NCBI GenBank assembly: GCA_041481345.1
Contig: JBGPBQ010000002.1
Coordinates: 1-45,850, forward strand
From: Anaerolineae bacterium
GTDB taxonomy: Bacteria > Chloroflexota > Anaerolineae > Anaerolineales > UBA4823
DNA length: 45,850 nt
Direction of reading: 5' to 3'
Shown: positions 15,683-25,300 of the stretch, piece after piece
Numbering within the stretch: the first letter of the stretch is position 1
How the letters are laid out: each line of letters starts with the position of its first letter
Notes under the pieces: generated by a model
Seen by the model: only the letters and a program-made list of their open reading frames with translations
What the model was told of the DNA's origin: nothing
Database searches by the model: none
Program-made: the position numbers and the translations under genes

Positions 15683-16984
15683 ATGAGCTGCGCTATGACA
15701 TTAATCGAAAAAGTTTTCTGGCACGACACAGTTGAAATGCCAACCGCTGACCCCCTGAACAGCCTTCCGTCGAAGGTGGACCTGGCAGTAATCGGCGGCG
15801 GGATTCCCGGGTTGGCGGCTGCGCTCCAGCTAGCTCAGCGGGGAGTGACGGTTGCTGTGCTCGAGGCTGAGACGATCGGATGGGGCGCTAGCTCACGTAA
15901 CGGAGGCATGGCTCTCACCGGCCTCAAGCTGGACGCTGAAGTGGTCGAAGCCAGGTACGGTCATGACCTTACCCACAAAATGTTCGAAGATTCGCTCGCC
16001 TCACTCACCACAGTGGAGCACACCATCACCCGGGAGCATATCGATTGCGGATTTGCCCGAACGGGTCACCTGCTGGTGGCGAACAAGCCTGCTCATTTCA
16101 CTGCCCTCCAGAATGAAACCGAATGGTACGCTCAGCATTTCAACCATCGGACCCGCCTCGTCCCAAAAGATGAACTCCTATCTGAGATTGGCTCACAGGT
16201 CTACTTCGGCGGTCTGGTGGACGAGACCAGCGCAGGTCTGAACCCGGCGCATTATGTAGCCGGGTTGGCCAGGGCGGTAGCAAGGTCGGGAGGCACACTT
16301 CTCCCAAAAGCCAGATTGCTGCACCTTGAAAAAAAACCAGGCGGTTATAAGCTTACGACTCAGCGTGGAGAGTTAGTCGCCAGGCAGGTGCTGGTGACTA
16401 CCGGCGGTTACACCGGTTCAGCCACTCCCGCTCTGCAGCGCCGGATCATCCCCATCGGGTCCTATATCATCGCCACCCAACCCTTGCCAGAAAATCTGGC
16501 CCAGAGCCTGATCCCTCATAAAAGGATGGTATTCGATTACAAACATTTCCTTAACTATTACCGTCTCTCAGCCGATAACCGCATGGTATTCGGTGGTCGG
16601 GCAGCCTTCTTCCCCGAGTCGAGCTCGACCATACGCAGGAGCGCTGAGATCCTGCGCCAGGAGATGGTCCATGTGTACCCACAATTGAAAGCCGTTGAGG
16701 TGGAGTACGCCTGGGGTGGCACTTTGGACTTCGCCTTTGACCAAATGCCGCATACCGGTCAGCTGGAGGGCATCTACTACGCCCTTGGTTTTGCAGGTCA
16801 CGGTGTAGCGCTTGGCACACACCTGGGAATGCAAATAGCCAATGCCATCCTGGATGGGACGGTGAAAGAAATGCCCTACAGCACTTATGAATTCCCCACC
16901 GCTCCGCTGGGGTTATACAACGGGAAGCCATGGTTCCTGCCGCTGATTGGTTTATGGCATAGGATATTGGATTGGATACATTGA
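15683..16984 (+). CDS. FAD-dependent oxidoreductase (DAO / glycine-oxidase-like family)
   Basis: Dinucleotide-binding motif DLAVIGGGIPGLAAALQLAQRG and a C-terminal GFAGHGV motif. Confidence 0.8.
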   Translation: MSCAMTLIEKVFWHDTVEMPTADPLNSLPSKVDLAVIGGGIPGLAAALQLAQRGVTVAVLEAETIGWGASSRNGGMALTGLKLDAEVVEARYGHDLTHKMFEDSLASLTTVEHTITREHIDCGFARTGHLLVANKPAHFTALQNETEWYAQHFNHRTRLVPKDELLSEIGSQVYFGGLVDETSAGLNPAHYVAGLARAVARSGGTLLPKARLLHLEKKPGGYKLTTQRGELVARQVLVTTGGYTGSATPALQRRIIPIGSYIIATQPLPENLAQSLIPHKRMVFDYKHFLNYYRLSADNRMVFGGRAAFFPESSSTIRRSAEILRQEMVHVYPQLKAVEVEYAWGGTLDFAFDQMPHTGQLEGIYYALGFAGHGVALGTHLGMQIANAILDGTVKEMPYSTYEFPTAPLGLYNGKPWFLPLIGLWHRILDWIH

Positions 16985-17112
16985 TTTGTCTTTAAGGAAT
17001 GCTTTTGTGAGTGGAAAGATTGTTGACCAGTAAGGATAAAATGATTTCGTGAAGTTAGAACCAATGATGTGAGATGAGATTTACCCAGAACGAAAGTTAT
17101 GTGAGGGTTTGA

Positions 17113-17463
17113 ATGACAATTAACCCTCTGGTTCATCATCGTCGTTCCAACCGGTTGAAAGGGTATGATTATTCTTTGGCGGGAGCGTATTTTGTAACCA
17201 TGGTGGCATGGCAGAGAGAGAGTATGTTTGGAGGTATACAAGAAGATAAAGTTGTTCTGTCTGAAATGGGAAAGGCGATTAAAGCCTGCTGGTTCAGACG
17301 ACCGAATACTTTCAACATCCATTTGGATGAATGGGTAATAATGCCGAATCATTTTCATGGCATCCTATGGATACAGGAATCAGGTACGGGCGAAGCAACT
17401 GCTCGTACAGATTATCATGAATCCAAAACTTTCCCAGCAGATGCTTCGCCCCAACCAATATAA
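17113..17463 (+). CDS. Truncated REP-associated tyrosine transposase-like (IS200/IS605 Y1 family) remnant
   Basis: HHRRSNRLKGYDYSLAGAYFVTMV...VIMPNHFHGILWI carries the HUH motif. The ORF stops about 35 aa later and lacks the C-terminal half that carries the catalytic Tyr. Confidence 0.6.
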   Translation: MTINPLVHHRRSNRLKGYDYSLAGAYFVTMVAWQRESMFGGIQEDKVVLSEMGKAIKACWFRRPNTFNIHLDEWVIMPNHFHGILWIQESGTGEATARTDYHESKTFPADASPQPI

Positions 17464-17492
17464 TCGGCAGTGATCTGCATCGAACTCAAGTT

Positions 17493-18356
17493 TCACGAAA
17501 TTGTCCCTGTAGGTCGCCAGACGTACGAGGTGATCCGGCAGTATTCCTGGAATCCGAGCGAGCGATACACACTCAATCCCATATCAGAAGCTTGCAAGAT
17601 GCCGACCTTGTAGCCCCTGAGGCGCGCCTGGAGGAGTGGATAAACCGTCACCTGTGCGCCAATCCCTTTCCGGCGCGCTTCTGGGATAGTTGCGACAGCA
17701 TAGATCCCCGCCACTCCCCCACCCAGCAGAAGCAGGGATGTAGCCACCGGGTTACCATTCAGCCAGGCGGTGTAAGCCTGTGTCGTTTCTGGGTTCAGCT
17801 GACCGAGCAGATCATGCCAGGTGTTCACGGCAAATTCGATCCTTCCGGTAGGCACCTCAAAACCTTGCGCCATCGTCTTACTCCATGCCCACCAGGATGC
17901 ATCATCTTGTGCCTGCTGGACGGATAGACCCGCCAGCTTTGGCAAGCTTTCATTCAGATTTTCCAGGTCAGCCGCCATCCCGGGGCCGTCCTCATCCACG
18001 GTAAAGCCATACTTCACCAGGTAACTTGCCAGGTCTGCCGGGCGGGTGGATGGACCGATCCACCACAATACAGGCACATTCCGCGATTTGGCATCCCCAA
18101 TTACGTATTCAATGGTCGGTTGCACCTGATCGGGCGCGAGTCGGGTGTCCATAATACTGTTTAAAAGAGACATAGGAATATCGCTGATCGCCCTTTTTAT
18201 CCCGGTCCGTTCTTCCACCCGCGCTCCCCCCATCTTTCCGAACACAGGTATCCATGAAGCCAGGTTTTCCTCGTTGGCAACAGCGAGGCTGGCGGGTGAG
18301 AAATCCTGTAAGATATCGACCATTTGCTGACCTCCATGAAAAGGGATCAATCCCAT
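17493..18356 (-). CDS. GNAT-family N-acetyltransferase
   Basis: The C-terminal acetyl-CoA-binding motif is ARRKGIGAQVTVYPLLQARLRGYKVGILQASDMGLSVYRSLGF. Confidence 0.75.
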   Translation of the reverse strand: MGLIPFHGGQQMVDILQDFSPASLAVANEENLASWIPVFGKMGGARVEERTGIKRAISDIPMSLLNSIMDTRLAPDQVQPTIEYVIGDAKSRNVPVLWWIGPSTRPADLASYLVKYGFTVDEDGPGMAADLENLNESLPKLAGLSVQQAQDDASWWAWSKTMAQGFEVPTGRIEFAVNTWHDLLGQLNPETTQAYTAWLNGNPVATSLLLLGGGVAGIYAVATIPEARRKGIGAQVTVYPLLQARLRGYKVGILQASDMGLSVYRSLGFQEYCRITSYVWRPTGTIS

Positions 18357-18464
18357 GTATTTTACAACCTCCTCGCCAATAATATTGAATAGAAGAGTTT
18401 CAAAATATTATCATCAATTATCCGATTATAATTGCGCAAATTTCTCATAAGACGGAGCCTAATT

Positions 18465-18698
18465 ATGATCCCCAACCAGTGGTATGTGGTCCTCGAATCC
18501 AAGGATGTCCGGCGTGGAAAACCGGTTGGCGGCACCCGTCTGGGAGAGAAAATGGTCTTCTGGCGCGACCGTAAGGGGAAAATCGCCTGTGCGGTGGACC
18601 AATGCCCCCATCGGGGTGTGGCTTTTAGCGCAGGTAAGCTGGCAGGCGATTGCATCCGAAGGAATAATACCCCAATCTGTAGATCTCATAAAACATAA
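18465..18698 (+). pseudogene. Truncated Rieske [2Fe-2S] oxygenase N-terminal fragment
   Basis: MIPNQWYVVLESKDV...AVDQCPHRGVAFSAGKLAGDCI has the first cluster motif CPHRG. It ends before the second CxxH motif, and no catalytic domain follows. Confidence 0.65.
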
Positions 18699-18703
18699 CA
18701 AAA

Positions 18704-18729
18704 GATGTGCGGTACGCACATCCTTTTTA
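18704..18729 (+). terminator. Hairpin plus T-run
   Basis: GATGTGCG gta CGCACATC followed by CTTTTTAT. Confidence 0.6.
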
Positions 18730-18845
18730 TAACCCCTGTGGATTCGAGACCCGGCACATAACATGCATCCTCACCCAATGATCACAGGAGTGCTCCTGGA
18801 TGCCAGGGGCTCCACGGGGCTTCCTGTGGTCAAATCTCGTAGAGG

Positions 18846-20207
18846 ATGCTGACCAGCATGGAATTGAGAAATAGTCTCGCCAGGTATATCCCGACCGAAG
18901 ATCAGCCACGCCAGCCATGGGTGGAGCAAGCTTTCCTGTTCCTTTCATCTGCGCATGTGGTGATGAGGGCAGGGCTTGGCTGGGTTTTCGATCTTGGCAT
19001 CACGCCTGAGATGCCGTTCTACCAGAAGAAAAACCTGGCGCTGATCAACCGGATCGCTTTTATCAGTCTGCTCATGGCACTGCCAGGGACGTTCTTGCTT
19101 ATCCTAATGGGGTTCGCACACCCATTCAGCTTGCTCTTGTGCGGAATGTTGGCGGGCTGCTCCATCCTCGCCTTGAACGGGGCGCGGCACGTGGAGTGGT
19201 CGAAAATCGTCTTCGCCTTTATACCGGCAACCCTCATTGTGGTCTTCACACTGCTCGAGCTGGATAACGCTGCCTCAGCTGATCCGCTGATGTACATCCT
19301 TTCCCGCCAGGGTCTATGTTTTGGGCTGCTGCTGCCGATTCTGATCTACGGTTTCGAGCAGCGCCGCAGAGTGGTGGGTGTGTTTGGTGTGTGTGTGCTC
19401 ATCTTCCTGGTCTTTGAGGTTGCTGGTATGCGCCTGGGGGCATTCGAAGGTGAGGCTTTATCTGGGGTAAATCACGGGCTTTTCTCCTTATTATCCGTGT
19501 TACAGTACGCCGTGTTGGCTGGGTGTATCTATTTCATGCAGAGCTATACCGTGCAGCACGAGCTTGAGACTGAGCTACACACTCAAAAACTGCACCGCCT
19601 GGCGATCCGGGATGGCATGACCGGGATTTTCAACCATACCTTTATGGAACAGTACATCGCTGACGCCATCAATCGCTCCAAACGCTCAGGCAACCCACTG
19701 GCGCTTTTAATGATCGATGTGGATTTCTTCAAACGCATTAATGACACCTTCGGGCACAACGCCGGGGATGACGTCTTGAAGGAGCTCATCCATGTGCTGA
19801 GCAGCAGCACCCGCTCCACTGACTATCTGGGGAGGTGGGGTGGTGATGAGCTCGTCCTGCTGCTCACCGATACGAACCTGATGGGTGCAGCCAACCTGGC
19901 TGAGAAGCTGCGCCGGCTGGTGGAAGAGCACCATTTCCCCCACTGCAAACATCTGACCATCAGTATGGGGGCCAGCCTTTACCGGGATGGTGACACTTCT
20001 GTGAGTCTTATCGAACGGGCGGATGCCTCGATGTACCGCGGTAAACGCAATGGACGGAACCGGGTGGAAGTGGAAAAGGCAGCAATAAGCATTCAGCCAT
20101 CAGCGATCAGCAGTCAGTCATCAGCTGTCAGCAATAAGCCGTCAGCATTCAGCCTGACAAGTGAATCAACCACAGAGTACGCCGATTACGCAGAGAAATT
20201 CTTTTAA
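18846..20207 (+). CDS. Membrane-bound diguanylate cyclase (GGDEF domain, GGDEL variant)
   Basis: About 7 predicted TM segments, then RDGMTGIFNH, MIDVDFFKRINDTFGH and RWGGDELVLLL. An RSTD I-site lies 5 residues upstream of GGDEL. The Ser-rich C-terminal tail is encoded by a heptamer repeat. Confidence 0.85.
   Translation: MLTSMELRNSLARYIPTEDQPRQPWVEQAFLFLSSAHVVMRAGLGWVFDLGITPEMPFYQKKNLALINRIAFISLLMALPGTFLLILMGFAHPFSLLLCGMLAGCSILALNGARHVEWSKIVFAFIPATLIVVFTLLELDNAASADPLMYILSRQGLCFGLLLPILIYGFEQRRRVVGVFGVCVLIFLVFEVAGMRLGAFEGEALSGVNHGLFSLLSVLQYAVLAGCIYFMQSYTVQHELETELHTQKLHRLAIRDGMTGIFNHTFMEQYIADAINRSKRSGNPLALLMIDVDFFKRINDTFGHNAGDDVLKELIHVLSSSTRSTDYLGRWGGDELVLLLTDTNLMGAANLAEKLRRLVEEHHFPHCKHLTISMGASLYRDGDTSVSLIERADASMYRGKRNGRNRVEVEKAAISIQPSAISSQSSAVSNKPSAFSLTSESTTEYADYAEKFF
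20081..20157. repeat. Heptanucleotide tandem repeat, 11 units, consensus AGCNNTC
   Basis: AGCAATA AGCATTC AGCCATC AGCGATC AGCAGTC AGTCATC AGCTGTC AGCAATA AGCCGTC AGCATTC AGCCTGA, inside the 3' end of the GGDEF gene. Confidence 0.75.
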
Positions 20208-20428
20208 CCAACCCACATTGATTCATCCCAGTTAATACTCCAGCACATTTATTTCATCTTTATTAATATTATTTTCTATATCCGCATATATCCGCTTTAT
20301 TCCGCGTGTATCTGCGATAAATTCTTTATATCTTTATTCATCTGTGTTCATCAGCCTGCCTCCGACTGCATTCGGAGGAGGTGGCTAATTGTCTTATATC
20401 CGCGTCTGTATGCGGTTAAAATAATCCC

Positions 20429-21091
20429 ATGCAGATCAGCCCGGTGAACCGATCCAAAAGCACCGCACGAAAGGGATACGACCGCTTGAGCTGTGCTTAT
20501 GACCTGTTGGCAGGCGCCAGTGAGACGCCGCTGATGCGAGCTGGTTTGGAGATGATGGCAGTCGGTGAGGCTGAATCAGTCCTGGAGATCGGCTGTGGCA
20601 CCGGCAAAGGGCTGGTAGAACTTTCTAAAAAGGTGGGAGATCCTGGGCATGTATACGGTATTGACCTATCGCTCGGCATGCTCCGGCAGGCGCAAGCCCG
20701 GTCGGCGAAGGCAGGTCTGCGTAAGCGTGTGACGCTGGTCGAGGGTGATGGTGCCGAGCTGCCCTATCGAAGCGCCAGCTTCACCGCCGTCTTCCTCAGC
20801 TTCACCCTTGAGCTGTTCGACACACCCGAGATCCGGCTCGTTCTGGCGGAATGCTGGCGTGTACTAGTGCCAGGCGGACGGCTGGGGGTGGTCTCGATGC
20901 TCCATACTGAACATCCCAGCTGGGTAGTTCGACTATACGAATGGTTCCACACTCACCTGCCCACCTACGTGGACTGCCGCCCGATCGAGGCTCACCTCAT
21001 GATCCAGGCAGCCGGGTTCAGAACAGAAAATATGCATAGAAGAAGTATGTGGGGCCTGCCGGTAGAACTGGTAATCGCGAAGAAGGTGTAA
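20429..21091 (+). CDS. Class I SAM-dependent methyltransferase (UbiE/COQ5-like)
   Basis: Motif I is VLEIGCGTGKGL and the post-I motif is VYGIDLS; LVPGGRL also present. Confidence 0.85.
   Translation: MQISPVNRSKSTARKGYDRLSCAYDLLAGASETPLMRAGLEMMAVGEAESVLEIGCGTGKGLVELSKKVGDPGHVYGIDLSLGMLRQAQARSAKAGLRKRVTLVEGDGAELPYRSASFTAVFLSFTLELFDTPEIRLVLAECWRVLVPGGRLGVVSMLHTEHPSWVVRLYEWFHTHLPTYVDCRPIEAHLMIQAAGFRTENMHRRSMWGLPVELVIAKKV
20925..21091. repeat. Direct repeat copy A (3' end of the methyltransferase gene)
   Basis: 20925-20995 is identical to 25804-25874 (71 nt). The following 96 nt up to each stop codon are homologous but diverged, and both remain in frame. Confidence 0.85.
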
Positions 21092-21295
21092 TTACCCGTC
21101 TTTTATCTCTAGCTCATTTTCTAAATCTTCCCCCAATTTCCGCAGGAATTCGTCCAAAGCCTCCCGGGTGGTGAAGAAAAGCTGCTGCCCAGTGCGCGGA
21201 TTCTCCATCGACGCTCGCCAGGCAATTTCGTGGTCTTGTTTCACGCACCACATGCGGAGCAGGAAAGATCGGTAGCCAGCTTCGTCAGGGATCAT
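21092..21295 (-). CDS. Small hypothetical protein (67 aa)
   Basis: MIPDEAGYRSFLLRMW....WRASMENPRTGQQLFFTTREALDEFL. The pattern (FLLRxW ... WRAS.E.P.TG ... F ... L..FL) looks like a recurrent small-protein family of unknown function. Confidence 0.5.
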   Translation of the reverse strand: MIPDEAGYRSFLLRMWCVKQDHEIAWRASMENPRTGQQLFFTTREALDEFLRKLGEDLENELEIKDG

Positions 21296-21445
21296 GCAAT
21301 TGCGTCCATTTCCAAATCCTGGTTATGATTATCCAACAGCTTTGGGTCGAAAGGATCAAGTTTGTACGGTAAGTTGGGGAAGTCTGATAAAGCTACTATC
21401 AGACTTCCCTTTTCTACCTGGTAAATCCCCCTCCAAGGCTATTTT

Positions 21446-21955
21446 CTACGGGATGAGGATATAGCCCGAGTCGAGGGTATTCATATAAAAGCATTCCTCC
21501 CTTGGGGATGGTGGGGTCGACTGTGTGTTGAAAGCTTTCATCCCTTCCAACTCACCCGTGCCATGCACCGTTGCACTGCCTAGGAGGGTTCCATCTGAAT
21601 AAACATGGGTAGAGAAATGACCCTCCCAAGTTCCAGCATATGCATCAGGGTGAATAGATACTGCACCGTATCCATGAACTTCACCTGTTGCGAGATTTAT
21701 CTCCGTGTTCATCACCACATCATTAGTCCCTAACCAATAAGGGCTCTCGGATGTTACTATAGAATGGACTGGGATACCCCGTTGATGCAATATACCGTCC
21801 TCGCTGATCCACTGGCGCTCAGGGTCTCCCTGAGTGATCGGACATTCAGCGCCTGTATAGTATATCCGGACAGGCTTGGCTGCGGCTGGAACAGCACTCA
21901 CCAGGATGACCACCATTGCCAGCATAAAGACTACTGTAATCCTTTTTGCTTTCAT
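21446..21955 (-). CDS. Secreted hypothetical protein
   Basis: Signal peptide MKAKRITVVFMLAMVVILVSAVPAAA, RBS GGAGGAAAAAATG, beta-rich mature part. Confidence 0.55.
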   Translation of the reverse strand: MKAKRITVVFMLAMVVILVSAVPAAAKPVRIYYTGAECPITQGDPERQWISEDGILHQRGIPVHSIVTSESPYWLGTNDVVMNTEINLATGEVHGYGAVSIHPDAYAGTWEGHFSTHVYSDGTLLGSATVHGTGELEGMKAFNTQSTPPSPREECFYMNTLDSGYILIP

Positions 21956-22227
21956 TTTTTCCTCCTCAGGAATAAAAAAGATTGAAATTTGGTTGGTTTT
22001 CCGAGAATTTCCTTTTGACGCTCGTTGATCGCCTCCTTTCAGGGATCCAATAAGTTCAGAGATCCCTATGTTGAGTCTTTGCCATTAAATTAGTAGACTT
22101 GCGTGATTCAGTGTATCTTCTGGCTTAAGTTTGTTGGAATGTCGGGGACTCAATCCACTATCATTTTAACCAGGTGGCGTGGGTAAATCGTGGGGAATAT
22201 GTAAATGTATAGTCAACCTACGAAAAA

Positions 22228-22236
22228 TGATATAAT
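22228..22236 (+). promoter_or_regulatory. Extended -10 promoter element (TGATATAAT) for the SARP-type regulator
   Basis: TGnTATAAT match about 55 nt upstream of the regulator coding start. GAGAGG RBS at 22273-22278. Confidence 0.4.
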
Positions 22237-22304
22237 ATTTTACCGGTTGATTTTCAGGCTGTTGTGAAACCAGAGAGGTAACGACGGACCTGCTAGAAAT
22301 CCGC

Positions 22305-25300
22305 TTGCTTGGATCTTTTCAAGTTACCCAGGGGGAAACACCACTGGCAGGTTTCGAATCCAATAAGGTGCGCGCCTTGTTGGCTTATCTCGCTGTTGAG
22401 GCAAACCGATCTCACCAGCGCAGGAAATTATCTGCCCTGCTTTGGCCTGAATTTCCGGAATCGACCGCCCTGAGCAACCTGCGTTATGCCTTATCCAACC
22501 TCCGTAAAGTGATCGGGGACCGCTCTGCACAGCCTGCCTATCTTGAAATCAATCCCCAGACAATACAATTTAACTTAAATAGCAGCTGCATGGTCGATGT
22601 GAGCACTTTCGAGCGCAATTGCACCCTGGCTCACCAGAATCCGTTGGATTTTCGAAGTTTAAATTGGGCTGCAGAGCTCTACCGCGGTAGCTTTTTGGAA
22701 GGCCTTTCGATCCCGGACAGCATCGCTTTTGAAGAATGGGTGCTACTGAAGCGCGAGCATTTGGACCGCCTGGCTATTCAGGTTTTTCAGCTGCTGGCTA
22801 GTGATGATGAACTGTCTGGTGATTATCAGAAATCCATTTATTTTTCTGAACGTCAGCTCGAACTGGACCCATGGAGGGAAGAGGCTCACCGCCAGCTAAT
22901 GCGCTGTCTCTACTTTAACGGGCAGAGAAGTGCAGCTTTGGCACAGTACGAAGTTTGCCGCCAGGCATTATCGACAGAACTGTCACTCAAGCCCGAGGGG
23001 GAGACACAACATCTATACGCACAGATCTATGAGGATAAATTATCACCTCCTCTATGCCCTCCCGACTTTCTGCGCCATTCATCCACCTTGCCCGTCGACC
23101 AGTCTAGATTTGTTTGCCGTCAGAAGGAATTGAACCGCTTACATACAGCCCTTGATCTCGCAATGGCTGGCAAAGGTCAGCTCATGCTGGTTACGGGTAG
23201 TCCTGGTCAGGGCAAGACCGCTCTGATTCAGGAATTTTTACACCAGGCTCTGGAAGCTCGCCCTGCCCTGGCGGTTGCCTGGGGAAACAGCCATGCTTAT
23301 TTTGGCTTAGGCGATCCATACCTGCCTTTCAGGGAAATATTAGAAATGCTTACCGGTCAGGTGGAGCACCGCTGGGAAGCCGGTTCCATCACCCAAGAGC
23401 ATGCCCGCCGCATGTGGCGTCTCACGGGTTATTCTGTACGCGCACTGGTGCAGGAAGGCCCAGCGCTGATCGGCACTTTTGTCTCCGGGCCACCTCTCCT
23501 CCAGCGTGCTTTCATTGTTGCTCAAAATAATCCCTCCTGGATAGACGATCTACAGTTACTGGTCGAACGACAAGTGAGTGGACCTCCCCCTTCTCAGGAG
23601 GATTTATTTCAGCAATATTGGCGCGTATTGGCCGCGATTGCCCGCCAGGTCCCACTCCTATTGTTCGTGGATGACCTGCAGTGGGCGGACCAATCCTCGC
23701 TGGGGCTACTGTTTCATCTTTCCCGGGAACTTAAAAGCGCCCGAATCCTGATCGTTGGAGCTTTCCGACCCGTCGAAGAGCTTCTGTCCTCCAGATTTGG
23801 TTCTCCATCCCTGGTGACAATGGTCAACGAGCTTCGTTTATCGCATGGGGATATTCTCATCAACCTGGATGAGCTGGAGGAGCGTAGCTTCATCGACGCC
23901 TACCTCGACCTGGAGCCCAATCGATTCGATGAAACCTTTCGAAATGACCTGTCCCGCTATACCCACAGCCACCCCCTCTTCACAGTAGAAATGCTGTATG
24001 GTATGCAGGAGCGAGGGGATGTAATCAAAAACCAGCAAGGAGAGTGGGTGGTTTCTCCATCCTTGAATTGGGACCACCTGCCCCCCAGGGTTGAAGCGGC
24101 TATCGCTGAACGACTCAGGCATTTGCCGCAGCCACTCGTGGACCTGCTCCAAACAGCCAGTATTGAAGGGGAGCGTTTTACTGCGGAAGTCACGGCTAAA
24201 GTTCAGGGGATAGATGAACAACAAGTACTAATGTTGTTGAGTGCTGATCTCGACCGCCGTTACAAACTGGTTCAGGCAGACAGCAGCCGGAGTGTGAACG
24301 GGAACAGGCTTTCTTGCTATCGCTTCCGCCACATCCTTTTTCAGAGATACCTGTACAGCCAGCTCGATGTGGTCGAGCGCGCCAGGCTGCATGAGCAGAT
24401 AGGCTACACTTTGGAAGAACGCTATTCCAGCATGCTGGATGAGAACGCGGTCCAGCTAGCTTACCACTTTGAGACAGCCGGAATCCCGCTTAAGGCGATC
24501 CACTACCTTCACCTTGCTGGTCAACAAGCTACTCGCCTGGCAAGCTTTGAGGACGCAATTATTCATTTAAATAAAGCACTCTCCTTATTGGAGAGCCAAC
24601 CGGGTACGGTGGATAAAGACCTGCTGGAACTGGAGCTTCTGACAAATCTGAATGCACCTTTAATGCTGGCGCGCGGCTATTCCTCTCCGGAATTGGGTAC
24701 AGTTTGCGGCAGGGCGGCGCAGCTCTTGAATAGCATCCCCCTGAAACCGGAATTGTTTCCCAAATATTGGGCTTTTTTGGCTGCGTATTACACCATACGC
24801 GCAGAGTACCAGAAATCGCTAGCGACAGTTCCTCGAGGCGTTCGTGTGGCTGAAAGCGCAGGTGATGATTTACTCATCCATATAATGAATTGGGTATCTG
24901 GTTATAACTTGCTTTGGTTAGGAGAATTACACGGAGCTTCATCACAGTTGGAAAAGATGATCGACTTTTACGATCCCCTAAAGCACCGCGAACTACATCA
25001 TTTTTATGGAACAGACCCAAAGATTGCCTGCCTCATCTGGTCTTCCTGGACGTTATGGCTACTCGGCTACCCCGATAGGGCATTGAACCGCACCCAGCAG
25101 GCGATCGATCTGGGCCAGATATTGGGCGATCCAGATAGTCAGCTGGTCGCCCAACTGCTTACGGCTTCCCTGCGCTTGCTGATGAGGGAACCAGAAGGGT
25201 CAAGCGATCTCATACAATCCTGTTCTTTTCTATTGGCTCAGTACTCACGGCCACTTTTTTCTGCGGATTTGGAATTCCTGCAGGGATTCTCTCGGGTTCA

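Noticed and set aside
19850-19864. GGDEL instead of GGDEF as evidence of an inactive cyclase
   Set aside because: The catalytic GGDE core, the metal-binding Asp (MIDVDFFK) and the RxxD I-site are all present. The Phe-to-Leu change alone does not justify calling the domain degenerate.
20208-20428. AT-rich intergenic tract with repeated ATCCGC-like words and a CCTCCGA..TCGGAGG hairpin
   Set aside because: The repeats are short and irregular. The tract is most simply a terminator plus promoter region between the GGDEF and methyltransferase genes. I could not support a specific element.
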